DNA of 64,000 bases from an uncultured Planctomycetota bacterium (GTDB taxonomy: Bacteria; Planctomycetota; Planctomycetia; Isosphaerales; Isosphaeraceae), in the NCBI GenBank assembly GCA_963845755.1, contig CAWJTV010000034.1, positions 160,001 through 224,000 on the forward strand, given 5' to 3'. Positions 11,226-21,268 of the stretch are shown piece by piece (positions within the stretch are counted from its first letter, which is position 1; each line of letters begins with the position of its first letter). The position numbers and the translations under genes are program-made. The notes beneath the pieces are model-generated. The model ran no database searches. It saw only the letters and a program-made list of their open reading frames with translations, and was not told where the DNA came from.

Positions 11226-11585
11226 TTACGATGCGGCCGGTATCAGACGTGCACTTCCTGGCCGGTCATCGGGTCTAACGCGGTGTCGTACAGGCAAGTT
11301 GCGATAGCGCTGGCCATCCGCAGAAAAATCAGTATATCCGGGGATCGCATCACGAGGAAGATGGTTGCCAGCCGCAAACTGCAGCAGGACGTGGCGAGTC
11401 CACGGGCTGGCGATTGCGTAAATTTCTCTGTAATTGATGTGCTCACATATTAATTTTACAATATCATTGAGATGATCGAGCGGACTGGCGACTCTCACCG
11501 CAGCCTGCGCGAACGGCTTCGGCAGCCGGGGCGGCTGCGAAGCAACGACCTGCGGGATCGGCTGGGACGATGGGTTTGGAGTCAT
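11226..11585 (-). CDS. Hypothetical protein
   Basis: ORF with GGAGG 5 nt upstream of the ATG; lower GC than its neighbours; no motif recognised. Confidence 0.45.
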   Translation of the reverse strand: MTPNPSSQPIPQVVASQPPRLPKPFAQAAVRVASPLDHLNDIVKLICEHINYREIYAIASPWTRHVLLQFAAGNHLPRDAIPGYTDFSADGQRYRNLPVRHRVRPDDRPGSARLIPAAS

Positions 11586-11850
11586 GGTATCCTCCCATGG
11601 CGGGAGGAAGTTGGAAACTCGGAGAGTGCACATCAGCCCATACCAGATACCGCTCTCAATCAAGGAAAGAACGGCCCTGGGGTCCGCTACCTTCTTGACC
11701 GCCGCTTACAGGGCTGTTGCAATAACGCACACATTTGTTAGGCGTTGTGGGTTGTGCCGGTCGCCGGCAGGGCGAAAGCAATTGTTCGATCGCTCCTTGC
11801 GCTTTGGGAGCCTGTTCTGGGCATAAATACCTGGAGCCTCTCCAGCGGCT

Positions 11851-12085
11851 AACACTGTTCGCGAATTCACGGCAGGGCGGCCAGCCGCTATACGAAAAGG
11901 GCTTGTACTCCGACGCCCCCGTCTCGAGGTGCCTCCGTGTCCCTGAAGCCTGGCTCCATCCCTGACTTCCCCGCGCTGCCCCCCGCGCCGCCTTTTCCGA
12001 GGACAATCCCTACGTCCGGCTCCGTGACGAGCGCGGTCCCGTCTTCCGCGACGTTGACTTGGCCAAGTTCTCTCCCAGCGGCTAG
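11851..12085 (+). pseudogene. IS1182-family insertion sequence remnant (left end plus transposase 5' fragment)
   Basis: From GTG 11937: MSLKPGSIPDFP..FPR, then after a shift NPYVRLRDERGPVFRDVDLAKFSPSG*. This resembles IS1182 transposase N-termini as I recall them (MSLxPxxIP..FPKGNxYxRxRDELG). End-like ACACTGTTCGCGAATTC at 11852. Confidence 0.65.
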
Positions 12086-12132
12086 AGCCAAGACATGTGT
12101 CAACTTGGATGCAAACACCGAAGGAGACTCAG

Positions 12133-13386
12133 ATGAACTTGAGCCGAAGAAGCTTGCTCAAAGTTGCACTGGGAGCGCCAACGGGTGCGTGGCTTATGAA
12201 CGACACGGCCGCCGCGGCACCCCATACCGGTGAGGTGAAGATTACGAACATCAAGACCATGGGGCTTGATAATGTCGGAGATGGCTGCTTGATTCGGATC
12301 GAGACCGACGCCGGGCTTATCGGTTATGGTGAAGCCGGGCTTCCTTCCGCTGCCGCCCGGGCGCGCATCAAGATGATCGCGCCTCAGTTGATCGGTCAGG
12401 ATCCCCTCGCGATCGAGCGGCACTTTTACCGGTTGGCTAACACGCAGTATTCCTTCATGGCGAACATCCCGACTGTCAGCGGTATCGATATCGCACTCTG
12501 GGATCTCGCCGGAAAGATCACGGGGTACCCGATTTACCGCCTGCTCGGCGGACCAATCCGGAAGAACATTCCGGTTTACTCCCATGGCGGTCCGGCGGAC
12601 ATGCTCGACAAGGCACAGTGTAAGGCGTGGGCCGATCAGGTAAGATCGGCGCCGGAGGCATTCACCCTGTTCAAGTTCGGACTCGGCGGCCGGCCTGGCC
12701 CCGGGCGCGGCGGCGCAGGAGGGGCGGAGGGTCCATTCAGCCCGACCATCGACGGTGCGCAACTTCGGAGAGTGGCAAGAAGCTATGCGAACCTGCGCGA
12801 AGCACTCGGGGACGACATCGACATCGCCATGCATTGCGTCGGTCAATTCGATACGCCCAGCGCGATCGGTCTATGCAGGGCCATCGAATCGATCGATCCG
12901 ATGTTTATCGAGGACCCGCTGACGGTTCGCTATTCCGAGGCATGGCTCCAATTAAAGCGGGCGACGCGGGTGCCCCTGTTTGCGGGCGAGAAGGTCGAAC
13001 TCGTCGCCGGTTTTCGGCCATACCTCGACAACGGGGTATTGGATATGATTCACCCGGATGTCGCGTACTCCGGCGGAATCACCGGATGTCGGAAGATCGC
13101 CGATTACGCGGCCCTCACACGTACTCCGATCGGCATACACAGCGGGCCGTGTTCGCTGATCCGGTTCTATGCGTCCATGCATCTCGGTGCTGCGACGCAG
13201 AACTTCTTCAAAGTGGAGAACGCCCTGGGCGCTTTTCGGGGCCACAAAGAAAAGATGGCGCAGGGTCCGGAACCGGTGGTTCGGAACAGCGTATTCCCGG
13301 TTCCCGAGGGTCCGGGCCTCGGTCTGGATCTGAATGAGGACTGGCTCCGTGCGCATATCGCGAGCGGTGATACGTGGTGGGGATGA
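12133..13386 (+). CDS. Mandelate racemase/muconate lactonizing enzyme family (enolase superfamily), Tat signal
   Basis: SRRSLLK; IETDAGLIGYGE, SGIDIALWDLAGK..LLGG, FIEDP, PEGPGLGLDLNE; AAGGAG RBS. Confidence 0.9.
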   Translation: MNLSRRSLLKVALGAPTGAWLMNDTAAAAPHTGEVKITNIKTMGLDNVGDGCLIRIETDAGLIGYGEAGLPSAAARARIKMIAPQLIGQDPLAIERHFYRLANTQYSFMANIPTVSGIDIALWDLAGKITGYPIYRLLGGPIRKNIPVYSHGGPADMLDKAQCKAWADQVRSAPEAFTLFKFGLGGRPGPGRGGAGGAEGPFSPTIDGAQLRRVARSYANLREALGDDIDIAMHCVGQFDTPSAIGLCRAIESIDPMFIEDPLTVRYSEAWLQLKRATRVPLFAGEKVELVAGFRPYLDNGVLDMIHPDVAYSGGITGCRKIADYAALTRTPIGIHSGPCSLIRFYASMHLGAATQNFFKVENALGAFRGHKEKMAQGPEPVVRNSVFPVPEGPGLGLDLNEDWLRAHIASGDTWWG

Positions 13387-13437
13387 CGCGGCTTTCGCCA
13401 GACTGGTAGACCGTGCTTGGCACGATCGAGGAACACC

Positions 13438-14373
13438 ATGGAACGAAGACGGTTTGTGAAATGCCTGTTGGGCGCCGGCGTCATCGCACCGTACGTCCAC
13501 GCACAGCCCGCACCCGATTGGGGCGGTCCCGTGCTTGATACCCACTTGCACCTGCGGAAGGACGCGGACGCGTGCTTCACACATATGCAAGGTTGCGGCG
13601 TCACGAACGCGATCCTCCTAACGCCCGCGACCGATCAGGAGAGGGCGAAACAGGAAATGGAACGTCGCCCGGGTCGCTTTGCGCGTTCGGTAAGAACCGA
13701 TCCGACAGTGCCGGATGCGGACAAGGTCTTACGCGACGCGCTCAAGGGCGGGGCGGTCAGTATTGGAGAGATGAAGTTTCATGTGGCGCTGGACTCGCCC
13801 GCGATGCGGCGCGTCTACGACATCGCCGCCGAACGGAACGTGCCAGTGATGATGCACATCCAGACGTTTCCCCATTTCCGGGGAGAAATTCCTTACAACA
13901 CCGGCTACCCTCAGTTCGACAAGGTCCTTCGAGCCTACCCGCGGACGATGTTCATCGGGCATGGCGACCTCTTTTGGGCCCATATCAGCGCCGATGTTCC
14001 GACAGATCGCGGCTATCCGGCCGGGCCGATCAAGCGTGATGGTCTTACGGATAAGTGGCTGTCCGACTTCCCGAACCTCTATGCAGACCTGTCGGCCAAT
14101 TCCGGAAACAACGCGCTGTCGCGCGACACAGAGTTCACGCGCGACTTCATCGTGCGGCACCAGAGAAAGCTGCTCTTCGGTAGCGATTGCAGTTGTACTG
14201 ACGGCAAGGGATCGGGTGTTTCTCAGAACAACAACCCCGAGGCGGCGAGACTGGCCGGCAAGTGCGTAGCACGCGAAACGCTCGGCCTGCTGAAACAGTT
14301 CGCGGCACCCGAGATCTTCCGAAGAGTGGTCTGGGAGAATGGAATCCAACTCTTCAAGCTTCGATTCTCGTAG
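13438..14373 (+). CDS. Amidohydrolase_2 family protein, Tat signal
   Basis: ERRRFVK; DTHLH, GEMKFH, PVMMH, FIGHG, YADLSANSG, LLFGSDC. Confidence 0.85.
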   Translation: MERRRFVKCLLGAGVIAPYVHAQPAPDWGGPVLDTHLHLRKDADACFTHMQGCGVTNAILLTPATDQERAKQEMERRPGRFARSVRTDPTVPDADKVLRDALKGGAVSIGEMKFHVALDSPAMRRVYDIAAERNVPVMMHIQTFPHFRGEIPYNTGYPQFDKVLRAYPRTMFIGHGDLFWAHISADVPTDRGYPAGPIKRDGLTDKWLSDFPNLYADLSANSGNNALSRDTEFTRDFIVRHQRKLLFGSDCSCTDGKGSGVSQNNNPEAARLAGKCVARETLGLLKQFAAPEIFRRVVWENGIQLFKLRFS

Positions 14374-14536
14374 CCCCTGACGTGTTGAGGAAGCCGTTCG
14401 GTGCTTCGGCCAGCAGCCTGGCACAACTCGGTCCCACACGCGTTTTGGGAACTAGCAGCCGCTGTAGTCCCGCCGCGGACCCGCCTCTCAAGGAACTTCA
14501 ACGTTCGGGACGCGACCGGCGCGTTCGACAGAATAG

Positions 14537-16594
14537 TCAACGACCGCCACCTTTCCATTTACGCTTCTCCTCCTGACGACGTGCTGTCTTCCGCCCCGGT
14601 CGGTAGCCCGGATTCGGCAAGCCGCGCTCGCCAACCGGCTCGCCCTTCGCTGGGTTGGCGACGGAATGGTAATGGTCGCCCTCGACTGTCCCATTCGCCT
14701 GTCGCCTCCTCGCTTCGAGGGCCTGACGCGGCGGTTGGGCCGGGATCAGGCAGTCGCACCCATTTCCGATGAGGTCTCCTCGCCCCGCCTTGAGCAAGGC
14801 CTCCCTCACCATGAAGTAGTTCTCGGGCTTGAAGAACTGCATCAGCGCCCGCTGCATCTTCCTGTCCCGCAGGCCTTTTGCGATGTAGACCTCTTGCCCC
14901 GTGAACGGGTCGAGCCCCGTGTGGAACATGCACGTGGCGATGTCGAACGGAGCCGGGATGAAGTCCTGGACCTGGTCGGGCCGATAGCCGTTCCGCTTCA
15001 AGAACACGGCCAGGTCGATCATCGCGTTCAGGTCGCTGCCCGGGTGCGAGGCGATGAAATACGGCACGACGTACTGCTTCTTGCCCGCTCGCCGACTGGC
15101 CTGCTGGAACGACTCGGCGAACCCGCGGAAATCGTCCGAGTCCGGCTTCTTCATGAGGCGCAGGACGTTGGAATCGGTGTGCTCGGGGGCCACCTTGAGA
15201 TGGCCGCCAACGTGGTGCTTTGCCAGCTCCGCGAGGTATTCCGGCGACTTCTGGGCCAGGTCCATCCGGATCCCCGATGCGACGAGGACCCTGTCGATAC
15301 CCGGCACCTCGCGACTCTTCCTCATCAAGTCCACCAGCGGGCCGTGATCGGTCCCCAGCAGCTTGCAGACCTTGGGATGCACGCACGAGAGCCGCTTGCA
15401 CCGCGCCTCCACTTCGGGGCGCGTGCAGCGCATCTGGTACATGTTCGCCGTCGGCCCGCCGATGTCGGAGACGACCCCGGAGAATTGAGCGTCTTGTCCC
15501 ATCCGATTCAGCTCGTCCAGGATCGATTCCTTCGATCGCGACTGGATGGTTCGCCCCTGATGCGCCGTGATCGAGCAGAACGTGCAGCCGCCGAAACAGC
15601 CACGCATGATCGTGACCGAGTCCTTCACGACCTCATAGGCGGGGATCTTCTGCCCCTTGTACATCGGGTGAGGCTTCCGCGTGTAGGCCAATCCATAGAT
15701 CCGGTCCATGTCCTCCTGGCTGACCGGGAGCGGCGGCGGGTTGCAGACGACCGCCTGACGGTCGTGATACTGGACCAGCCGGCGGGCATTCAGTGGGTTG
15801 GTCTCCTGGTGGATGATCTTGGTTGCCGTGGCGAAGCGGTGCCTGTCGGTCTTCACTTCTTCATAAGTGGGGAGGACGATGGCATCCTCGGGGACCGATT
15901 CGCTGGCACCCAGGGCGTAGGCTACCCCGCGCAGGTCGCGAAGGTCCTTCACCGACTCACCGGCCGCGAGCCTTCGGGCGATGGTCACGATCTGGTGCTC
16001 TCCCATGCCGAAGACGACCAGGTCGGCCTTGGCGTCGAGCATGATGGCCCGCCGGACGGTATCGCTCCAGTAGTCGTAGTGGGCGAGCCGGCGGAGCGAG
16101 GCTTCCACGCCACCGGCGATGATCGGCACGCCGGGAAAGGCTTCCCGGTGGCGCTGGCAGTAAGGGATGGTGGCACGGTCGGGCCGCAGGCCGATCCGAC
16201 CACCGGGCGAATAGGCGTCGTCGTTGCGAACTTTCTTGTTCGCCGTGTAGTGGTTAATCATGCTGTCCATGTTGCCGCCGCTGATGCCGAAGAACAGCCG
16301 AGGGCGGCCGAATCGCCGCCAGGGCTCGGCGCTCTGCCAGTCCGGCTGGCTCAGGATCGCGACCCGGAACCCGGCCGCCTCCAGCACCCGGCCGAGGATC
16401 CCCATCGCGAACGCCGGATGATCGACGTACGCATCGCCGGTGACAAACACCACATCCACGGATTCCCAGCCCCGCGCCTCCATCTCGGCGCGGCTGGCCG
16501 GCAAGTGCGGACGCTCCGGTGTCACGACCGGCAAGACCGGTAGCATCGTGGGCGGCAACGTTAGCTTCAGGGATGGCGGGAGAGTAGCGGGCAT
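14537..16594 (-). CDS. ygiQ: YgiQ-family radical SAM protein
   Basis: GDAYVDHP, GNMDSM..YTANKK.R..DAYSPGG, RGCFGGCTFC, DIGGPTANMY, SGIRMDL, LKVAPEH, PYFIASHPG, QVQDF. Exact start uncertain. Confidence 0.92.
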   Translation of the reverse strand: MPATLPPSLKLTLPPTMLPVLPVVTPERPHLPASRAEMEARGWESVDVVFVTGDAYVDHPAFAMGILGRVLEAAGFRVAILSQPDWQSAEPWRRFGRPRLFFGISGGNMDSMINHYTANKKVRNDDAYSPGGRIGLRPDRATIPYCQRHREAFPGVPIIAGGVEASLRRLAHYDYWSDTVRRAIMLDAKADLVVFGMGEHQIVTIARRLAAGESVKDLRDLRGVAYALGASESVPEDAIVLPTYEEVKTDRHRFATATKIIHQETNPLNARRLVQYHDRQAVVCNPPPLPVSQEDMDRIYGLAYTRKPHPMYKGQKIPAYEVVKDSVTIMRGCFGGCTFCSITAHQGRTIQSRSKESILDELNRMGQDAQFSGVVSDIGGPTANMYQMRCTRPEVEARCKRLSCVHPKVCKLLGTDHGPLVDLMRKSREVPGIDRVLVASGIRMDLAQKSPEYLAELAKHHVGGHLKVAPEHTDSNVLRLMKKPDSDDFRGFAESFQQASRRAGKKQYVVPYFIASHPGSDLNAMIDLAVFLKRNGYRPDQVQDFIPAPFDIATCMFHTGLDPFTGQEVYIAKGLRDRKMQRALMQFFKPENYFMVREALLKAGRGDLIGNGCDCLIPAQPPRQALEARRRQANGTVEGDHYHSVANPAKGEPVGERGLPNPGYRPGRKTARRQEEKRKWKGGGR

Positions 16595-16929
16595 TCATCA
16601 ACGGGGGTCATCTCTTCCGGACAAGGCGGACCGTCGTCCGCCCTGTCGTGTGGGACACTCCAACGGCCTGCTTCGAGCAATGCCACCAACTTCTATTCTA
16701 TCTCGCCCGCCTGAAGTTGGATATATCCGCCCTCCGCCTGGATCGGCCCCCGGGATGCGCATCGACGGGGTGTTGTCGATGTCTCGGACTTTGGTAGGAG
16801 GGCTCTGGCCTTCGATCGGAATCGCGGGACAGAGCCGGCTCCTACCCGGTTCGAAATCTCTGGTTGACCAGACTCCGCGCGGGAGTCGCGAGGAAATCCG
16901 TTGCGGCCGCTCCTTAAAGTTTTCCTCCG

Positions 16930-17082
16930 TAAGATCCCTGCGCCGTGCGCGCAGTTGGGGGATCCTTTTCCGAATTCCGGATTCCGGATTCCGGATTCCG
17001 GATTCCCGAATCCACCTTCATCCGGAATCCGGAATTCGGAATCGTGAATGCCTCTTGGGTTGCGGCCGAAGGCCGCGTTAGG
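16930..17082. repeat. Composite palindromic repeat: inverted heptamer arrays plus terminal hairpin
   Basis: (TTCCGGA)n at ~16969-17005 facing (TCCGGAA)n at ~17021-17045; hairpin GCGGCC-GAA-GGCCGC at 17062-17076. Confidence 0.75.
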
Positions 17083-18669
17083 ATAGGGTCTTGAGCAGCT
17101 TTTGACCGTCGGCGACTCCCCAGCCGGAGCAGGGATCCCAGCCCGATTTGGCGAAGTAGTCGCCGTTGGTGCCGCTGGTGATATCTCGGAAGGCCCCATC
17201 CTGAGTACTCGTGTCGTAGAGCATCGGGTTGAGGAATCCCACGGGATGTCCGAGCGACTGGTTGAGCAGCGCGATGAGTCCGGCCCACAACGGGGCCACC
17301 GCGCTGGTCCCGCCGATCACCGTATCATCGCCGTTCGACGCGTACGGCGTAGCCGGTCTTGGGATCCGCGTCGCCGGCGACGTCGGGCAATCCCCGGCCG
17401 GCCTTGCCGGAACCCACCGCGGGTGGGACTCCCGCGCTCTTCTGATAGGCCGGCAGGGGGAACTCGGTGCTGATTCCTCCGCCGGTGGAACCACCGTTGG
17501 CACCATCGTTCCAGACAACCTCGCTCCCGATCGACGAGGCGGTGGCATTCAACGTCGTCCCGCCGCAGGCCAGCACATTGGGGCTCGACGCCGGGAAATC
17601 GACGTGGGGTGCGCCGTCATCGACGCCGTCGCTGGATCCGTTGTCGCCCGAGGCGACGCAGATGGTGATCCCCATGGCAGCCGCGGCCTGGAAGGCCTGG
17701 TCGAACTGCTGCATGGCCTGGTCGGTCCAGTTCAACTCGGGACCACCCCAACTGATCGAGATCACCGAGGGCTTGTTGACCGTATCGTGGATCGCCTTGG
17801 TGATCGCATCCAGGAATCCCTGGTCGGTGTTGGGACAGAAGTAGACGACGATCTTCGCCTTGGGCGCGACGGCCGACGCCACTTCGATGTCGAGCATCAC
17901 CTCACCGTCGGGTCCGCCCGGATCGCCAGTCGGCTGGTTCTTTCCGTGATCGACCGACACGCTCGACACATTGGGCATGGGCAGCTTCAGCGAGGAGAAG
18001 TAGGTCTCCAGGTCGGCCGTTGAGAAACCTCCTCCCAGCTCGATGATCCCGATGCACTGCCCGGACCCATCCACATTCGTGGGAAAGTCGTATAGCTGGG
18101 AAATCTGGGGCGGCGTGAACTGTGCCAGATCGCCACCCGATGCACGTGCACCCGCCGCGACGTCTCGGCGCCGGAAATGCGGCCGCGCCTGGGGACGATT
18201 GTCCAGTCCGAACACGCCGACCATGATGTTCTCGAGGTCGGCTGGGATCATGATCGGTCCCGTGCGACCGCGGAAGGTCCCACCATCAGGATGTGTGTAT
18301 TCCTGGAGCTTGACGCCGAACGCGGTGCCGATATCGGCGGCACGGCCCGAGAGGATCATGCTGCGCCGGGGCACGCTCGTTTCCACGACGGCCAGCTTGT
18401 GTGACTTGGCAAATGCCTCGACCCGAGCGACGTCTTCGGCCGAGGCGCCGTGGGCGTCGGCCAGTTCCTCCCGCGTCATGTACCGGCGTTTCTTGGGCGA
18501 CCTGGCCGAGGTCGATGCGGCCTGAACCGCCGCCGACAGCGGCGCGCGGCCGCAGCCGGACCGTCACTTCGACCCGTTCCTCCGGATGAACCGGGCCGAC
18601 CATCTTGAATTTCGCCATGGGAGGGCGATGGCTCCCCGCGAGCGGAATGTGCTTCGTCTGAGATGGCAT
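17078..18669 (-). CDS. S53 (sedolisin/kumamolisin) serine peptidase (frameshifts ~18520 and ~17335)
   Basis: Pro-domain, IGIIELGGG, GEVMLDIEV, ISISWG, ASGDNG, RGLPDVAGDADP, GGTSAVAPLWAG, GWDPCSGWG across three ORFs. Confidence 0.9.
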
Positions 18670-19398
18670 GGAGAGTCTCCTCGAGAAATGGTGCAAAGGT
18701 GTAGGCCTTCGCGATCGTACGACAGCCTCTTCATCTCTCCCGGCCAGTCCGGCAGGGCCTGGCCATTCGATCAGGCAGGATCCACCGGGCTGCGTGCCCC
18801 TTCATCGCGGCGTCGATTCCGGCCAGGCAAGACCCCGCGGCGCCTCGACCCCGACGTCATCGCCTTGGAGGTCGCTCCATGGCGCCTCGGAGACGCGAGG
18901 CCGGATTCACCAGCCACTGTCCTTATCACGATCTTGCCGGTAAAAGCGCAATTGAAAAAAGGCACACGGCGAGCATCGTTCCAAAAGCGTGATGACCTCG
19001 GGAGATCCGTACCGAGCACCGAATCATGTGCGGAATACTTGCCGGCATGCTTGCATCCGCACCATCGGAAGACTCGGTCTCTACCAGAAATCGATTCCAG
19101 AGCCCGGGATGACAAGAATGTATGGACTTCGGTCCATCATCGACAGACCCTTCTATCCCGCCTCTTCAGAATGAAGAGGCTTCGAACCGGGCAAGAAGGA
19201 GCCTCGAGGGGTTCGAAGCCCAAGACATCTGAGACACCACGGTATCCCGAGACAAGAAACTCGGGTTTTCTTGAATCAGCGTTCGTGAGCGCTCAATTAG
19301 GTTGATGTCAGTATCCTTGGTTCTGCAAATTCTTGCATAAACTGACACGCTGCTCCCTGGCGTATCTACAGAAAAAGAGCTTTTTTTAGTCGAGGGAC

Positions 19399-19427
19399 TG
19401 GACGAGTTGCTTAGGACCCCGTATCAT
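19399..19427 (+). promoter_or_regulatory. Candidate sigma70 promoter ~550 nt upstream of the DUF1559 gene
   Basis: TGGACG-17nt-TATCAT following an AT-rich tract with palindromes. Confidence 0.4.
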
Positions 19428-19974
19428 CCTGATTGATGAATTCGTTCGGTCTAACACCCACGATTGCTGCCGACATCCCGGGAGCCATCACTCCCCGAGC
19501 GGCATGCAATTCGGGTTTTTGTGATTACCCGCCTGCGAGCTGAGAAGAAACACTGGTGCGGTTGAACGGCCGCCGAGCCACTCACGACCCTGTGCGAGGG
19601 TCGGCACGGCGACTGTCCGGATCGTCGTCCCATTGAGCCTGGCCGGGGATTCCCGCGATTCGCTCGGGTGCATCGCGCGGGTCGCCGTGCGCTCGTTCTT
19701 CGTTTTGTGATTCTTAAGCGCGCATGCAACGCTCGTTCACGAGTCCGATCCAAGAAAAGTTGACGAGACGCTATGACCTCCATGAGTCGAGGCGGTTCGA
19801 TGGAAGAGTCCGAGGCAGTTGCTCCGGAGCTTTTGCCCAAGACTGCCGCTGGGCGGCGCTTGGTCGTGGCGAGCGATGTCGGTGTGCGTTGAAGGATAGG
19901 ATTCCCCATCGGAGGGAGAGTCCACGTTCGACAACCGTCGGTTATGTTGCCCCTGGCATTCTCTTGAGGTCCAC

Positions 19975-21144
19975 ATGAAGCCGAAACATCGCGGATTTAC
20001 GCTGATCGAGCTCTTGGTTGTGATCGCCATCATCGCCGTGCTGATCGCCCTACTGCTGCCGGCGGTCCAGGCGGCCCGCGAGGCCGCACGCCGTTCCCAG
20101 TGCGTGAACAATCTGAAGCAGATCGGGCTGGCGGTCCAGAACTACATTTCCTCCAACAGCTCGCTGCCGCCTCAGACCAGTTGGCCGACCATGGCCGCCA
20201 ATATGACGGGCAACACGCTCGGCTACCAGTGGGGGTTCACCTGGTATTACTCCATCATGCCGTTCCTGGAACAGACCCCCGTGTACAACGCGGTGAACTT
20301 CAACGTATCACCCATGGGGCCCCAGCAGGTTACGGCGGCGGCCATGAAGGTGAGCTCGCTCCTCTGCCCCGACGAATCAGGCAACCAGCAGCTCTACCCG
20401 CTCAGCGCGACGGGCTACTCGGGTTTCAGCGGCTACTTCGCCTCGACCAGTTACGTCGGTAATTATGGCGGTCCGGCGGCGATCCAGCCCTATAGCGGTG
20501 TCATCACTCCGGGGTACGACGTCGAAGGGATGTCCACGAGCACGCCCACTTCTGCGACGGGCCAGCTCCAGACCATCCGCCTGGCGTCGGTCACGGATGG
20601 GACGTCCAACACGGCCCTGTGCAGCGAACGGCTCCTCGCCTACAACGCTTATGGCACCACCTCGCTCGTCTATCCCGGGGGGGGGACTAACGCCATGCGC
20701 GCGATCTTCCAGGGAACGTACCCCGCGCCACCGAGTTCCGTCGGGGTCGGCATGCTGACGAACGCGAACCCGGCGGTCCTGTTCATGAAGGGATGCCAGA
20801 ACATTCCCTCCACCACGGGGGCCCTGTATACCAGCACCATCGGCATGGAAATGATCGCGGGACATCCCGCGTATACCACCTTGACGAGCTACGTTCACTG
20901 GACCACACCTAATACGGCTCCCTGCCAGAACTCGATCGATCTCTGGAATGTCTCACCGACTCTGAGCGTCGGGTTCATCGGCGCTGATGGCGCGCCCTCG
21001 GCGAACAGCAACCATCCCGGCGGAGTGAATGTCGGCTTCACCGACGGCTCCGTGCATTTCGTCAAGAACTCGGTCAACTACATCACGTGGTGGGCGCTGG
21101 GAACCCGGGCCATGGGCGAGGTGATCAGCTCGGATTCGTACTGA
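19975..21144 (+). CDS. DUF1559 prepilin-like protein
   Basis: [73 protein letters not shown] (H-X9-DG). Confidence 0.95.
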   Translation: MKPKHRGFTLIELLVVIAIIAVLIALLLPAVQAAREAARRSQCVNNLKQIGLAVQNYISSNSSLPPQTSWPTMAANMTGNTLGYQWGFTWYYSIMPFLEQTPVYNAVNFNVSPMGPQQVTAAAMKVSSLLCPDESGNQQLYPLSATGYSGFSGYFASTSYVGNYGGPAAIQPYSGVITPGYDVEGMSTSTPTSATGQLQTIRLASVTDGTSNTALCSERLLAYNAYGTTSLVYPGGGTNAMRAIFQGTYPAPPSSVGVGMLTNANPAVLFMKGCQNIPSTTGALYTSTIGMEMIAGHPAYTTLTSYVHWTTPNTAPCQNSIDLWNVSPTLSVGFIGADGAPSANSNHPGGVNVGFTDGSVHFVKNSVNYITWWALGTRAMGEVISSDSY

Positions 21145-21189
21145 GCCCGCAGGCTCGGGACGACTCGACTCGTGAGGAAACCCAGACAG

Positions 21190-21211
21190 CCGGGCGCCCG
21201 TGGCGCCCGGC
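21190..21211 (+). terminator. GC hairpin between convergent genes
   Basis: CCGGGCGCC-CGT-GGCGCCCGG; no strong U tract. Confidence 0.35.
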
Positions 21212-21268
21212 TCTCTCCCCCCTTGAGAGAATCCGGAAGGTTGAGGGTTGAACAAAGCCCGCTCTGAT

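Noticed and set aside
18586..19305. 239-aa ORF in the S53/DUF1559 intergenic region
   Set aside because: Arg/Ser/Pro-rich, overlaps the S53 start on the other strand, no RBS or motif.
19399..19411. Sigma54 promoter (TGGACGAGTTGC)
   Set aside because: GG-to-GC spacing does not fit TGGCAC-N5-TTGC.
19430..19974. Known riboswitch (c-di-GMP, cobalamin, TPP) or RNase P/tmRNA
   Set aside because: I could not find their conserved cores by eye; kept only as an unknown structured leader.
20676..20686. Poly-G tract as a phase-variation switch in DUF1559
   Set aside because: Short, in frame (PGGG) and unremarkable at this GC content.
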